Positions 32,344 through 46,736 of a DNA stretch of 64,000 bases are shown here, piece by piece (position 1 is the first letter of the stretch; every line of letters begins with the position of its first letter). The notes beneath the pieces are model-generated. The model searched no databases, was not told the DNA's origin, and saw only the letters and a list, made by a program, of their open reading frames with translations. The position numbers were made by a program, and so were the translations under genes. This DNA is from Rhynchopus sp. YZ270_cl-10 (Eukaryota). The stretch covers positions 1,302,001-1,366,000 of the forward strand of contig OZ037840.1 in assembly GCA_964035575.1 (NCBI GenBank), given 5' to 3'.

Positions 32344-33326
32344 CCAAAAAATGCAAAAAAAAATGCAAAAATCGGGTGTTTTGACCATCTGTGGTTACAC
32401 AAAACACACTTCTGTGTACAAGCCTACACCAATACAGTGGTAATACAAGGCGATTTTTGACCAAAAAAAAAATTTTTTTTTCGCCCAAAATCGGGCGTGG
32501 TACGTCATAAAATGGCCCAAAAAATCCAAGGAAAACCTTCGATTGGGCAAATTATGAAAAAAATTTTCAAGTCAAATTTTCAACCAAAATACGGTCATTT
32601 TGTTCACACAGTGATTCTACGTCATGCTAGCTTCCTGTGCAGAACTCCAGCAATTCACCAATGCCGGCATCTATCTTTCCATTATCGCCATTGCACTTCG
32701 TTCACGCCATTGCACTTCGGTCATTTTGTGCATACCCTGTGACTGTGGTGGCTAGAGAACACGCACATGCAGACCCGTTCCTTGCAATTTCCAGTGTTGT
32801 GTTTATCAATGCATGCATCCAGAGGACCTCTGGTTTACGAAATCGTAGGCACTCCTGTGCAAAAATGAAGTCGGTTTTTTGACCCAAAATCGGGGTGGGT
32901 GGGCCATAATTTGCTCCAAATTTGGCCGAAAATTGGGATTTTTCTGAAAATTTTCATTGTGCCCAGCAAAAATCCTTGATTTTTTGAAGAATTTTCCAAA
33001 AAATATGCTATACCCCCTATGACTGGACCCAACTCCCCTCACCCTTTTTTTCCCCTAAAAAAGCCCCCAAAATTCCTACCATTTTTGGTGTGGCAGCGGT
33101 TACTGGGGGGGTAAACCGGTAGAAACACGGTAGAAACACGGGGAATCGGTTGGGGGTTCCCTTTTTTGGAATTTTTTTTTTTGTTTTTTTACCAGGGGGC
33201 TTCTCTATGTTGTAGGCATACAGAGGCACAGATTTGACAGACCGGAGCCGGAACTGGCTGGGATGTCACGGAACTGACAAAAAAAGTGGTTTTCGACCAC
33301 GCAACTGTACTGTACTCCCAATCCCC

Positions 33327-33497
33327 TGTGTATACTGTGTATACTGTGTATACTGTGTATACTGTGTATACTGTGTATACTGTGTATACTGTGTATACTG
33401 TGTATACTGTGTATACTGTGTATACTGTGTATACTGTGTATACTGTGTATACTGTGTATACTGTGTATACTGTGTATACTGTGTATACTGTGTATAC
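33327..33497. repeat. (TGTGTATAC)19
   Basis: Perfect tandem repeat. Confidence 0.97.
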
Positions 33498-36449
33498 TAC
33501 CTGTGTGTGACCATACCCCAGATGGTCTGAAGAGTGATCTGACCATATTCTCCAGGTACAATATATACCCGGAGAATCCATTGGAGCAAGAATTTTGCAC
33601 TTTTGAGCACCACAGATTACATACTGCCATTTTTGCGGCCATAATATTTTTGAAAATGGCAAAGACATTTCCTTAAGGAATTACAGGGAACCAGGGTCCC
33701 TCTCTCTATGGGTTCTGAGGTTTTAGTCACTCAACGAATCTGCTCGATTTTTTTTGACTGTAGATGGGAGGTACCCCAAAAAATCAATTAAAGCAAGAAT
33801 TTTACAGTTTTGAATAGTTGTTCTTTATTTAGAAAAGTACCCAGTTTGGACAAAAATTTGGGATTGAGTGTTATAAATCTCTGATTTTTTTTCCAAATCT
33901 TGGGGTGGAAACTTTGGTACCTCACACGAGCCTCTGAGAGTGACCAGAAATGGCCTCATGAACAAAAGTGACCCCGTCACAGCCAGAACGCGACTCAATT
34001 GGTCAAACGCCGAAGGAAAAGGAAGCATGCAGCATGGCGAAATAATAAAAGTAGTGTACCGTGCGCCTGCGGCGCAAGATTGCAACCCACCCTTCCCATG
34101 ATATACTTTTGCAGCAAAAATGTGCAATTTTAAGCGTAATTTTTAGAAATGTTGCGTACCGTGGCTTCGCCAGAAACTTTCGTTTTAGAAAAACAGGGGA
34201 GTAAAATTACGGAAGCTGACCACAATTACCAGCGACAGTGCCGTTTTGTGTCAACTTTTTTTTAGAAATGTTGCGTACCGTGGCTTCGCTTTGGGTGCCG
34301 TGACCGCCCTTTCTTTGTTATAAATGTACTGAGGTAGGTAAAAGAGCTCGGAAATCCAATTCCTCTGGTTTTCGAATTTTTTTACGTCTGTCCAAAAGCC
34401 GAAAACTTCAGTTTGCCAAATTTACAACCTTCTCCGGGGGGGGAGTAGGGGGGGTTTCTCAAAATCGGACGGATGACATCCGTTGAAAGTAAAAAAGAGG
34501 CTTCCCTTCCTAGATGTGACTAGGCACGTGAGGCTTGGGATCATCTTTCAATACTTCTTCCTATTTTAGCGCACCTTTCGCCGCTTGAAGTCGTCCTGTG
34601 AGGTCTTAAGTTTACACATATTAGCGACTATTCTGTACTGTCGTCCTCTTATCCTTTTTACTAGCAACCTGCGACCCTCGGGCGCATTGTTGTCTACAAC
34701 AACTTCACATTACGTTGCAACTGTGTCTATCTTTTCTCGAGCACGGTTTGCAGCGCTTAAGACTAACAGGTGCAGTCTGATAAACGAAAAAGTTACGAGT
34801 GAGTTTAGTGCCATACGTCGCCCCGCAGCTTTGTCTTATTGTCGTGACCATGGCTATATAGTCCTCCAAGGCAGACACAAGAGTTACGACAAAAGGTGCT
34901 TACCTCCGGTGTGAATACATCATCTCTACTTTTCTGTCGACACGCCAGTGAAATTAGCTGGGTGGCCATTCGGGAACGAAGGGAAGTAGTATCCACCGTT
35001 TAAAGTGCGATCGAAATAATTTATTGTTACACTGGGTTTGATATTTGATTACACATCGCTCAGTGTTTCCAGTGCAGGTCACTGTTGTACATTACATTAC
35101 ACCATTAGGCCTATTCTTTACTGGCAGATAACCGCAGCTTTACAGCGCAATTAATATTTTTCGACGTAAACCCCCCGTAACATGTCATAGACAGTGAATG
35201 TACTCCTCGCTTGCACCGAAGCCCTTTTAAAAAAGGGGCACAGAAGTATCAATGAGAATATATCAACAACAGATAGCCAGCAACACAGCGCCGCAGGCGC
35301 ACGGTACGCTTTTTGTTAGACTTCACCATCCCTTTTTCTCCCACAAACCCCTGTAAAACTCCGGATTGCTCTGGGGAAAATATTGGGGGGGACCATGGTT
35401 CCCCCCGGTGCCCCTTGGCGGAAACCCTGTTGTACCACCCTGAGTTTTTGATTTTCTCTTTATTGGCGGCGTTTTGCACGGGTTTGCGGGTTTAGGATAA
35501 ATTAACCATTTTGTAAACACGAAAGTATTGTGCTTGCGGTCAGATAAAAGACACAGATTAGTAAGGACACAGCAGTTGGTATAATGCTGTTATGCTATTG
35601 TTCAGTTTTTGTCTCGTTTTACAACCTGACAACGGACGTGGCGAAACAAAAATAATAGGTTCTTACAGAGCAGATCAAGACGAAACTGTACGTGTATGAC
35701 GTGGGTAGCGTACTAATAACCAAAAGAAAACCGACGCAGGAGCTTTTCTTGGAACTGTTTTATTCTCCCCACCCCAACAGCATCACATTTCAGAAAAACA
35801 TTGTTTTTTCGTTTTTGTTCACTTTCTTTTCTTCTCCCTCACACCTTTTTGCTGTGGGCAAACCTCAAATTTATTCCGCTTTGATTTTATTTATTGTCTT
35901 CACGCCCTTCTTTTCATTAGAAAAAGAATGTATATGAAACAATTGTCTTCACGCTATATTGTTGTAGTTGGGTTGGGAAATAAAACTAAACAAAAGATGA
36001 CAGGGGGTTTTTATTATTTCAAACTTGGTCGTCTCACGCGAGGATGAGCTCCATTATGTCAACGCTGTTTGGCCTGTCTGGGCAAATAGGTATTAGTAAC
36101 GTGGGGGTCATGATAATTACCCCCATTTCGGAAGCACATTTTTCTTCTAGGGTTTCCCTTGAGAAACCCGCTGTTCGCTGCCTTGTTCTTCTGCTCCAAA
36201 TGCCATCATCTCTCTTACCGACAACCCGGTTTATAATCGACAAAAACTCTCTGTGCCCGTTGAACTACACTTAAAACAAGGTAGCAAAAAATAAAATCTA
36301 TCACACTGACCACTTTTACGATACCCCACCCTTGCTGGAGCGACGTTTGCAAACACAAACCTAGGTACGGAGTGTGATGTCACCCAAACCACGCCCACCA
36401 CAGGAGGCTCATATTCCCTCAACCCACCTGCCCACACACAGCCCCCAAC

Positions 36450-39392
36450 ATGGTGCACTCATGTGTGCCCGTGCTGCTGCTTGCACTGCTGTGTGGCGCT
36501 GACGCTGCCCTGAAGAAGCCGATCCGCCTGATCGGTGTCTTCGCCACGTCGCCGCCGGTCGCACCGCACGACCAAGTCTGGAACGCTCTTGTGCCGTGCG
36601 AGCGCATTGTGACTGAGGGTGACGACGACTGCTACAAGGGCGGCTTCCCTGGGGTGGCTGCGTGGATGGAGCACTATTCACAGGACGTGCGTGGGACCAT
36701 CAAAGTGACAACGCCAGATTACAAGTCCCGCATGATCTTTGGACATCCCCTTGGCCTGGATCTGAACTACGAGATCTGGGACAGGCTTGGTGTCGACTTC
36801 GCCACATTGAGGGCAGAGCACTTGATGACGCGAGCCCCAGATGGTTCTGTTGTGGAGAACTTTGTTGCAAACATGAAACAGCCAATGATCCTGACGGACC
36901 TTGCTATTCAGGACAACTTTGTCTACCTTCTGGGCCTGCTGACCATGTGGCATGTGAAGGTGATTGACGGTGTGCAGATCGGTGTGATCGTGCTGTGGTC
37001 CGAGACCTACATCGGACGTCGTGGTCAGTCCATTCCCCACAACAAGCTCATCCCCGTGGTGACAACAAGGCTGCGTGCCCAGGGTGTGGCACAGATCGTG
37101 GTGCTGCGCCTTGGTTATGCGGGTGTGGAGGACGAGATGCAGCAACTGACGACGTACGACGTGGACGTGGTTATCACGGACGTTGTTGCGGGGACAGACT
37201 TTGCTTCGAACGGGACGTCTGTTCTGTATGTAAGTGTTCAGAAAGACGGGGCAGCTGCGTACCCAATCGTGACGTTGGACTTGACCGAAGAAGTGGACGG
37301 GTCGAAGTGGTACTACAGTGCAACGGAGGTGAGTGCACGTGACCTGCCTGTTCCTGTGACGGACGCACGCTTTGCAGCAAACCTTGCCTGGATGCAAGAG
37401 CAGATTGTGCTGAGCCAGACAAACGACTCCGTGGTTGCAACGTCGACAGCAGTGATGCCGTCCATCAATGAGGAAGGGTTCTACAACTGCCGTGGGGGTG
37501 ACTGTGAGTTGGGCAAGATGACTGCAGATGCGATGCGTGAGTGGGCAGGGACGGACCTGGCAATGGTAAACGGTGGTGCCCTGCGTGGTGTTGGGTGGGA
37601 GAAGGGTCCGATCAAGCGCAGTGCTTTGTGGGACACGTACCCTTTTGCGAACCTTCTGTGCAAGGTGAACATGTCCGGCACTGTGCTGCTGGATTTCATG
37701 AACCGCGGAGTGAGTGCACTACTTCCGGACGGAACACGAGACAAGACGACACCCATCGGTCTGTACCCACAGATGAGTGGGATGCGGTTCACCATCAACC
37801 CCAGCCTCCCCGAACGTCGTGTTGTTTCGATTGATGTGCTCACACCCACAGGGGTGTACAAGCCACTGCAGAAGCGTAAGTTGTACTCCATTGTCCTCCC
37901 AGAGTTCATTGCAGGTGGTGGTGACGGGTACGGGATGCTTCCCACGAACCAGCACGACGGGTCGGAAGGCTGTGGTATCGACACTGTACTGCAGGTGACA
38001 GAGACGTACCTGAAGGCTGCATCGATTTACACTCCGTCCTTGGGTGACAGAATGAGTCTCAACATGGCTGGGAGTGCACTGATGATGACGAACCAGACGA
38101 AGTACAACTGCACAGAGAACCAGAAGTACGACGCATACTGGCAGCACTGCGAGGACTGCCCTGAAGGCTTCTGGAACCCAGACATGGACAGCCCTGTGTG
38201 TGTGGAGAAGTTTCCGAGTGAGGTGGACATCGGGATGATCCTTGGCATCGTGTTTGGTGTTCTTGCCCTGCTTGCGATCCCGATTGCGTGGAAGATGACA
38301 GAGAAGCAGCGCCGCATCAACGCGCTCTTCAACAACAACAAGATTGCAGAGGAGTGTGCCATTGCGGTTATGGACCTCCGTCTTGGCGACCTTGACTACC
38401 TCCACGAGCTGGAGAAGCCGAACACGATCCAGTCTGCGTTTATTGCCATCACGAAGCAGATGAAGGTGTACATGGAGTTTATGCCCAAGAATTTGATTGC
38501 GAATTGTCAAGCAAGTGGTTCCGAATCAGGCTCGATTGAGCTTTCACGCTGCGTATCTTCTCGGTCGGAGAACGCGGGCAGTAGGGAGAGCAGGGATGAA
38601 CGATCGAGGAGTAGCTCTGTGATGCAGGCGAAGGGGAGCCATAAGCTGACCACGACCTTCCTCAGGAAGAAGCACATCACGGCACTCGCACTGAACAGCA
38701 GGGGGCACCTCCAGAGCATGAATGGTGACGTCCTGGCGAAGCATTCGCAGTTTCTCGAGAAGGTCACGACCATCATTACTGCGCACAAAGGCATTGCCGA
38801 GATACTGAGCGGCGACAGGATGCTTGCCATGTGGAACACTGTGAACGACACTACCGGCCAAGCTGCGCACTCCTGCGATGCTGCGCTTGCACTGCGGTTG
38901 GTACAGGACGGTGTCACAGCGAACGTCGGCATTGTAAAGGGCTCTGCACAGTTCGGGCTGTTTGGCGGTCAAGGCACCAAGCGGTACGATGTGCTGGGCA
39001 GCGTGATCCCATCCGCATCGCTGCTGATGGTCCTGAACAAGCAGTACAACACTTCCATCCTGACCGCACCCGTGCTGCAGAAAGAGGCTGGCAGCTTCTT
39101 CTACTTCAGGATTGTGGACTATGTTTGCTACGCAAAGATGCATGGAGCTGCCTGCTTTGTGCTCGAGCTTGTATCTCGCAAGGAAACAGGCGGTGAGGAG
39201 TGGATGTACGAGCTGGAGGCTGCCAATGGGAAGGACCCGTGTTCCACACTAAATGATGCATGGAGGCAATACATCAAGGAAGGCAAGCTGACAAGCAGCG
39301 CCGGGGTGACTGGTGTTCTCGCCGAGATCATGGCCGGCACACCACCTCAAGGTGAGTATGTCGCTCCTTCTGCGCCCCTGAACCTGATGTGA
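36450..39392 (+). CDS. Same receptor (copy 3)
   Basis: Translation appears identical to copy 1. Confidence 0.85.
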   Translation: MVHSCVPVLLLALLCGADAALKKPIRLIGVFATSPPVAPHDQVWNALVPCERIVTEGDDDCYKGGFPGVAAWMEHYSQDVRGTIKVTTPDYKSRMIFGHPLGLDLNYEIWDRLGVDFATLRAEHLMTRAPDGSVVENFVANMKQPMILTDLAIQDNFVYLLGLLTMWHVKVIDGVQIGVIVLWSETYIGRRGQSIPHNKLIPVVTTRLRAQGVAQIVVLRLGYAGVEDEMQQLTTYDVDVVITDVVAGTDFASNGTSVLYVSVQKDGAAAYPIVTLDLTEEVDGSKWYYSATEVSARDLPVPVTDARFAANLAWMQEQIVLSQTNDSVVATSTAVMPSINEEGFYNCRGGDCELGKMTADAMREWAGTDLAMVNGGALRGVGWEKGPIKRSALWDTYPFANLLCKVNMSGTVLLDFMNRGVSALLPDGTRDKTTPIGLYPQMSGMRFTINPSLPERRVVSIDVLTPTGVYKPLQKRKLYSIVLPEFIAGGGDGYGMLPTNQHDGSEGCGIDTVLQVTETYLKAASIYTPSLGDRMSLNMAGSALMMTNQTKYNCTENQKYDAYWQHCEDCPEGFWNPDMDSPVCVEKFPSEVDIGMILGIVFGVLALLAIPIAWKMTEKQRRINALFNNNKIAEECAIAVMDLRLGDLDYLHELEKPNTIQSAFIAITKQMKVYMEFMPKNLIANCQASGSESGSIELSRCVSSRSENAGSRESRDERSRSSSVMQAKGSHKLTTTFLRKKHITALALNSRGHLQSMNGDVLAKHSQFLEKVTTIITAHKGIAEILSGDRMLAMWNTVNDTTGQAAHSCDAALALRLVQDGVTANVGIVKGSAQFGLFGGQGTKRYDVLGSVIPSASLLMVLNKQYNTSILTAPVLQKEAGSFFYFRIVDYVCYAKMHGAACFVLELVSRKETGGEEWMYELEAANGKDPCSTLNDAWRQYIKEGKLTSSAGVTGVLAEIMAGTPPQGEYVAPSAPLNLM

Positions 39393-42300
39393 AGTTTGTG
39401 GCAGGGCCATACTTATCACTAAATATGCCGTTTTTCCCGAAAAAATTTTTTTTCTATAAGAAAATTTTGCGATTTGAAAACCAGAAAATCCCTGATTTTT
39501 CCCCGATTTAAGGACATGCTTGATGTTGCGTACCGTGGCTTCGCTTTGGGTGCCGTGACCGCCCTTTCTTTGTTATAAATGTACTGAGGCTACAGACAAT
39601 TCGTGTACCACTTGTGCCTGGTGCACGAATTGCTTCAATGAAGTGCCGAACTCCGCAGTTGGATAACCGAGGAATTCTCACATTCCGCCGGAGGCCCCCA
39701 ACTTGAGCTGGGTTGGGGACCGGGCTCGACCGAGTTTCAGCGAAACACCCCAAAACCTATATAATTCCCTGTGGAGGGGGGAAAATTTTTTTTTGGGCTG
39801 ACCGAGTCAAACCGATTCTGACCGAGCCAGCCCCTCGTGGGCGGAATGCTGTATAGAACCCTGCGGTACCCAATTTTTTTTTTATCCTTGTACAGGGCTT
39901 TCCGCAGGATTTGGGGTTTTGGCCTCCCAGGGGGACCAGCCAAAAAAAAGGTGAAAAAAAATTTTTTTCCGCGCCTTGTTGTCAGGGCTCTCGTCAATCA
40001 CCCCTACGGGGGTGATTTGGGCCCCGAGCTAAAATCGTGGAAGGTGCGAGGGTGGGAGGGTGAACCACAAGCCGCAGGGAGTGTCAGACTTCTGATCAGT
40101 AACCTCAGTACATCTATAAAAGAAGCGGCGGTCATGCACCCAAAGGTTCCAGGCGAAGCCACGGTACGCAACATTTCTAAAAAATGATGCCATAAAAATG
40201 GCACTGTCGTTGGTAATTATCGTCAGAAACGTCAATTTTACTTCCATATTTTGCGGGGAAAAATTTTTTTGGCGAAGCCACGGTACGCATCATTTTAGAT
40301 CTCCTCCGTCTTCCAACCCTCATAATTGAATGAGATTGACACGTCTTCTCCTTCTTCTTGTATACAGCCTCAAATGTCTCTGATGCTGGACGTTTGCCTG
40401 CAACTGACGCAAACACAGGGTTCGCGGTTGCCTCCCGTTGTTGCCTTATTTTTGAGAGGAGCAGGGGAAGCTGGAACCGTATTTTATGCCTGTATTTGAA
40501 CGTGCGGGGACAGGACGGCACGAAAAAATGTAAAAAATCTGGAAAAGTCAAGCCAAACGAAATAGGAAGCCTCAGAACCTCAAGGGCAAGCTGGTCCCCC
40601 CTGGTCCCCCTTATTTTTTCATTTTTCCCCCAGGGGGACCAGCGGTCCCCCCTGGTCCCCCCTGCGGAAAGCCCTGTTGTACATTTTCTCCACTTTCTTT
40701 TGATTGCACGAGCCGATTGCTCTCCACGGTGGGGTCACATGTGTGTCCAAAAACACTCTAAGGTACTATTATTCTGAAATATGAGATTCAATGGTTTCTT
40801 AAGGAAATCCTAGTAACGTAATATCTCAGAAAACCCTCGAAAACGAACCCCGCCGGAGGCGGCTTTTTTTGTACCCGTGTGCGCGAAAATACTTTTTTCT
40901 TGCTTATTTCGCACATTTGGGAGTACGGGACCCCGACATTTTTTTTTTTTTTATAAGACATGTGTCAGGCTATTTCCTAATCTGGATTCTGGATCCCACT
41001 TTTTTCCGGGGTTTTTCATACTTTTTTCCCGTTTTTTTTTTTTCCTGATTTCTGGATCCGAGTTTTGAAAAAAATTCGGGAAAAGAATTTTTCCCGTGGC
41101 CTAGTGTGGCGGGGGGGCCCCGGGGGGAAAAAATCATGGTTGAACCACGGGAGTACCATGAAACTGGGTTGCTGACCGCACCACCCAGGCTGTACCTCAA
41201 TTTTTTTTTGCCTGCGGCGCCATTTTCCCTTTTTTGCTCCGCAAAAAAGGGTTCGGTGTGTGACTATGTGGTGTAAAAAGATAGATTTTTACACCGTACC
41301 CTAAATTTTTTTCGCCTGCGGCGCCATTTGTTTGTTTTTTTTTTTTTTTGCTCCGCAAAAATCCCTATGTTCCCAATGTCCCTGGTCAGCAGTGCTGAAA
41401 AAATTTTGGCACAAAAACAAGCTGACCCCCAATCTTCCAACGACAGTGACATTTATGTCAACAATTTTTAGAAATGTTGCGTACCGTGGCTTCGCTTGGG
41501 TGCCATGCCTGCCGTTTATTTTGTAAATGTACTGAGGTTACTGATAATTCGTGTACCACGCGTGCCTGGTGCATATCAATGAAGTGCCGAACTCCGAGAA
41601 ATTCTCACATTCCGCCGGAGGCCCCCAACTTGAGCTAAGGTGGGGACCCGGGCGCGCGAAGCGCGCCCGGGCTCGCCACACCTCTACCAAAACCCGCAAA
41701 ACCGCAAAATCTCACCTATTTTCAGAGTTAGGTGAGAAGCTGGGAAACACTGGAAAAAAAATAAAAAAGAAGGGTGGGATTTATCCTAATGATTTATTGG
41801 AGCTGCGTTTCACCATGTTTCAAGTACTCTTTATTGTGTCTTGTTTGCAATATATGAGGGGAGCATGCCCCGCCAACGGAGGGGAGATGCCCCGCCAACG
41901 CGGGGGAGAAAGCTCGGAATGGGTTTTTTTTCTGGAAATTTTTTTTTTTTCCCGGAGAAAAATTCTGGATCCAGTTTTTGAAAATTTTCCAAAAAAATCC
42001 CGATTTAGGATATGGCCTGACATGTGTGCATTTCTAGTGAAATTTTTCAGTATCCACGAGTCGTTTTTTCCCTCCCGTGCTCCCCATCTCTCACACATAC
42101 ATTACATCTTCATCAGGAAAATTGTCAATTTTTCGTTCATTATTGTGAACAGCGTTTGGTGTTTTTTCAAAAAAAAAAAAAAAAAAACAAGTAATTGCTA
42201 TCGGAAAAAAAACCGGGTGTGCTGTGGAACTCCACTCTGAAAAAATATAATCTACAACACGCCAGCATTCTGCTCTTCTGCAGGTATGCTAAAACGCTCT

Positions 42301-42691
42301 TCGTACGCTGGACCCACTGGGATGCCTGCATCTGAAACTTTCAAACAGTGGGGCTGTCCTCTTCGTCCAGCACCATCTGCTCGATCGCGTTATTGGACGT
42401 AGTCTCGGCAGGCTCGATAACCATTCGCTCGGGCGGCCTCGGCATGTTCCAGCTCGTAGTCGTCCACAGGCTCCCACGCATCGTCACATCAGCACCTCCA
42501 GAAAATCGCCAGGATGCTATGGTGGCTTCGAAAATCGCGCGGAGTTATCCACAGCACACCCCATTTTTTTTCTTAGCAATTAGTTGTTCTTGTTATTATT
42601 GTTTTCCACACACCTTCCTTCAACCCTTGTAGGATCAGTTCGTATTTTTTTCGCGAAAATATGAAATTACACATTTCAAGAGAACAAAAAA

Positions 42692-43786
42692 TTAAAAAGG
42701 GTTCGCCCCCTCAATGGGACGCCGTAAACCATAATCCTCAGTGTCAGCCGCATCATTTCAATGAAACCAAAAAGTGGCTTATTTGCATTTTTGGGCTCCG
42801 CCCGTGCAGCGGTGGGGTCATTTCGGAAAATTGGACAATTTTTTGACCACTTAAATTTTGAGAAATATGAGCCCGGTTCTTTATACGTGGGGCCCATTTT
42901 TGGCCAAAATTTTTCTCAAAATCGACGAAATTAAAATTAGACCCCTTACCCCCCCCCAGAATCATTTCAATACACTACCTGTATTGGTTGCTGACGCGTG
43001 TATACAGGAAGGTTGGGAAAAGTGGCTTATTTGCATTTTTGGGCTCCGCCCGTGCAGCGGTGGGGTCATTTCGGAAAATTGGACAATTTTTTGACCACTT
43101 AAATTTTGAGAAATATGAGCCCGGTTCTTTATACGTGGGGCCCATTTTTGGCCAAAATTTTTCTCAAAATCGACGAAATTAAAATTAGACCCCTTACCCC
43201 CCCCCAGAATCATTTCAATACACTACCTGTATTGGTTGCTGACGCGTGTATACAGGAAGGTTGGGAAAAATTAAAAAGGGTTCGCCCCCTCAATGGGACG
43301 CCGTAAACCATAATCCTCAGTGTCAGCCGCATCATTTCAATGAAACCAAAAAGTGGCTTATTTGCATTTTTGGGCTCCGCCCGTGCAGCGGTGGGGTCAT
43401 TTCGGAAAATTGGACAATTTTTTGACCACTTAAATTTTGAGAAATATGAGCCCGGTTCCTTATACGTGGGGCAAAAATTTTCTCAAAATCGACGAAATTA
43501 AAATTAGACCCCTTACCCCCCCCCAGAATCATTTCAATACACTACCTGTATTGGTTGCTGACGCGTGTATACAGGAAGGTTGGGAAAAAGTGGCTTATTT
43601 GCATTTTTGGGCTCCGCCCGTGCAGCGGTGGGGTCATTTCGGAAAATTGGACAATTTTTTGACCACTTAAATTTTGAGAAATATGAGCCCGGTTCTTTAT
43701 ACGTGGGGCCCATTTTTGGCCAAAATTTTTCTCAAAATCGACGAAATTAAAATTAGACCCCTTACCCCCCCCCAGAATCATTTCAA
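42692..43786 (+). repeat. Array type X (4 cores)
   Basis: Same units as 10686-12252. Confidence 0.95.
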
Positions 43787-46736
43787 GATTCAGATTCTGA
43801 GTTCGCCAGGGTCGGACCCGGACGCATTGATGCCGGATGCGGCTCGAGTGCAAGCTGCCCTCCCCGTGCGTAAGGGGGGCTTGGGGGTGCGCCGTGCATA
43901 CGACCACTGGACCGCTGCCGCTATGGGAGCTGCTAGTGGCACCTTCGATTTATGCAAGCACCTGGACAAACACTACCGTTGGGATGCTGGAGGGTGGAGC
44001 CACACTGCCACCCGGTACAATGAGCTTGTGGACGCCGACGCCCGCGTGAACCCAGAGGAGCAGCCCCAGCAAATCCTCAAACAGCGTGATCTGTCGGCCC
44101 CGATCATCACACGTCAAGTGTCTGAGTTGCGCGACACTGGGGACATCCAGGACCGTGCCCGGCTGAATTCCCTTCAGCTGCCCTTGGCGGGGGCGTGGAT
44201 TACCGCATTACCCACCCCAGAAAACGTCATCAACCCGGAAGAGTTTCGAGCAGTGGTCCGTCTCAGACTGGGTCTTGCGGTGCACAGGGACAAGGCACTA
44301 TGCGAACAATGTGGTCGGCCCATGGATGAGTTCGGGATACACGCCCTCAACTGCAGCCATGGGGGTTGCACGATTCGCAGGCATGACCGGCTACGCGATC
44401 TGGTGGGCATGCTGGGTTCGAAGGCGGGCCTCGCTCCGTCCCTGGAGCCTAAGCACATCGTCCTCGGAGGGACCAAACCGGCAGACATCTTCTTCTCCAT
44501 CGGAGTCGGTGATGGCAAGCCTAGAGCGGTGGACTGCGTGGTAGCGAATCCCCTCGCCGCGTCGCATGTCCAAGGGGCGGCCCGGGCGGTGGGACACGCC
44601 GCGGTCACACATCAGACGGCGAAACGGCGCAAGCACGGCGAAGCCTGCAGGAAAGCTCATATTTCCTTCACAGCCTTTGCAGCCGAGGTCCTTGGGGGGC
44701 TAGGTCCGGAGGCAGACACGCTGTGGCGCCATCTGAACAAGATGGCTGCGGAGCGAGCGGACGGGGATAAAGTTCTGGCATCGGTCAAGTGGAACGAACG
44801 TCTGGCCGTGTGTGTCCAGCGGGAGGTGGGCGCCACATTGCTGAAGAGAGGCGCCCTGTGCTTCAGCCTTGAGGTCACGCGCACAGCAGTGCCAGCGGAA
44901 GCAGTGTCCCTCGACAAAAGCTACTACGTCTCGCCAGACCCTCCCGATGACCGTTTCCCTTCGTACGTGGATGACCATCTGTACCGCTTGTCTGAGAACG
45001 ACTGTGAAGTTGAAGAGGAACCTGTCGCTCCCGTCGCCCCTGATCCCCTTTATGACGTCGACGAAGCCACGGCAGCGATGGAGGCATGGCTGAGCCGACA
45101 AGCGGGCAAGGAATCCACCCATCCGTCCACCCTTGAAGTACCCTCCACTCCCTGCGAAGACCCTGCAACAGCATTCAAGGCGCTGGAGACATGTGACCCC
45201 CCGCCGGCCCTGCCGCTACAGCTGTCCTCCCTCGGGTGCTCCGTTCCCGCGGACTTCCGCTACACAGTGGGCGACTGTTGCTTCGATGCCGTGGCGTACC
45301 AGTGCGGGAGGAGTGCGGGGTCCCTGAGACAGGCGGCGATTGCACAGGTGGTCCAAGACGAGGACTTAGCGGCTCGCGCTGAACCAAGTGTCGGAGTATG
45401 GGCGCGACAGATGAGCATCGCTGGGTGTGCGCGTCCTGACACTTGGGCTGACATGGTGACGGTTAGCGGCCTGGCCCGAGCTCTGCATTCCCTGGTGGTG
45501 GTGTTCATTGGTGGCCATCGACCGTCGGTCTTCACCCCCTCAGGCGAAGTGGGATACCGTCAGGTGCTCGCACTAGCCCACGATGGCCGCACCGCAGGTC
45601 ACTTCACGCCGGTCAATATCCCCGAGAAGCTGACGCAGTTCCTCCTCATGCATGAACCGACCCCGCGCCTGCCGCCTCTCACTTGTGTGTCACGCGAGGG
45701 GCTTCTGGACTGCCCCCTGGAAGACTCACGGGCGGATTTCGGGAAATGCGAGCTGTGCTCGGCTGCGGTCCTCGGTCGTGAACGTCATTGGGAGTGTCGG
45801 GAGTGCTCAGTTTGGGTGTGTGTGCCGTGTCGTTCCCTCCCCTCAACCTGCCCGCGGGCCCTGCCAGTGTCCAGCAAGCCATGCGCGGCGAGGATCATTG
45901 CGCGCGCGCACGAGATGATTGACCCCAAGAGCATTAACTTGGTGAAGGTACAGCGTGAAGCTCGCGTGACCAGCCAAGTGGAGACGACTGCAAAGGCGCG
46001 GAGGGCACAGACGCAACGCAACATGAGACAGGCATCATCAGACGTCCAGGGACAAGAGAGCGGCTACTCCACCACACATTCAGCCCTCCCTACTCCGGTC
46101 GCGTCCTCGGTGCCCCCTGTCGCACAAGCAGTTGCCCGTCCCGGCGCCTCTGCGCAGACACACCCTGGTTCGGACGGGGCAACACAACCTCAGACCGGTA
46201 CGGAGAGTGGCTTCTCAAACACCCACTCAGCCCTCCCCGTATCTTCTTCCTCTGAGGCAGTTCCCTCTTCCGTCCACCCGAGAGAGCAGCCGCCCGCCGC
46301 ATCGCAGGGCAGCGAGTTCTCTATGGACCTCATCGACGAATCAGAACTCGCAGTCCCCATGTCTGACGCCACTTCGGCCCCCAGCACGTACACGCAATCG
46401 GAGAGTGGCTCTCAACCCGCACCTACAGCCCTCCCGACCAACGTGCCGTTCTATGCCGGTATGGCGCCCTGCCCAGGATTCAACAACAACATGGGGTGTC
46501 CAGCGACCGCCGAGGCGTGGAAGGACACGTTCTACCCGAACACGCTTCAGCACCAGTCGCTGGCAGCGGGAGGGGATTGGCAGTCGGTGGATGACGCCCT
46601 CACCTGCCTCTACCTGTGGAAAGAAGCGAAGAAGCCGTCGATGAGCTCCGACGAGGTGGAAGAGGCTTACACCCTCTACAACCGTCTGCGGGGCCTAAAG
46701 CGGAGCAGGAACTCGCGGCCGTCCCAGAGCACTTGA
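43787..46736 (+). mobile_element. Second copy of the RT-less CRE-like ORF
   Basis: Same translation and same TTTCAA|GATTCAG junction as the first copy. Confidence 0.8.

Larger units (their letters stand above)
32319..39442. repeat. Shared block C, copy 3
   Basis: Direct repeat of copy 2. Confidence 0.95.
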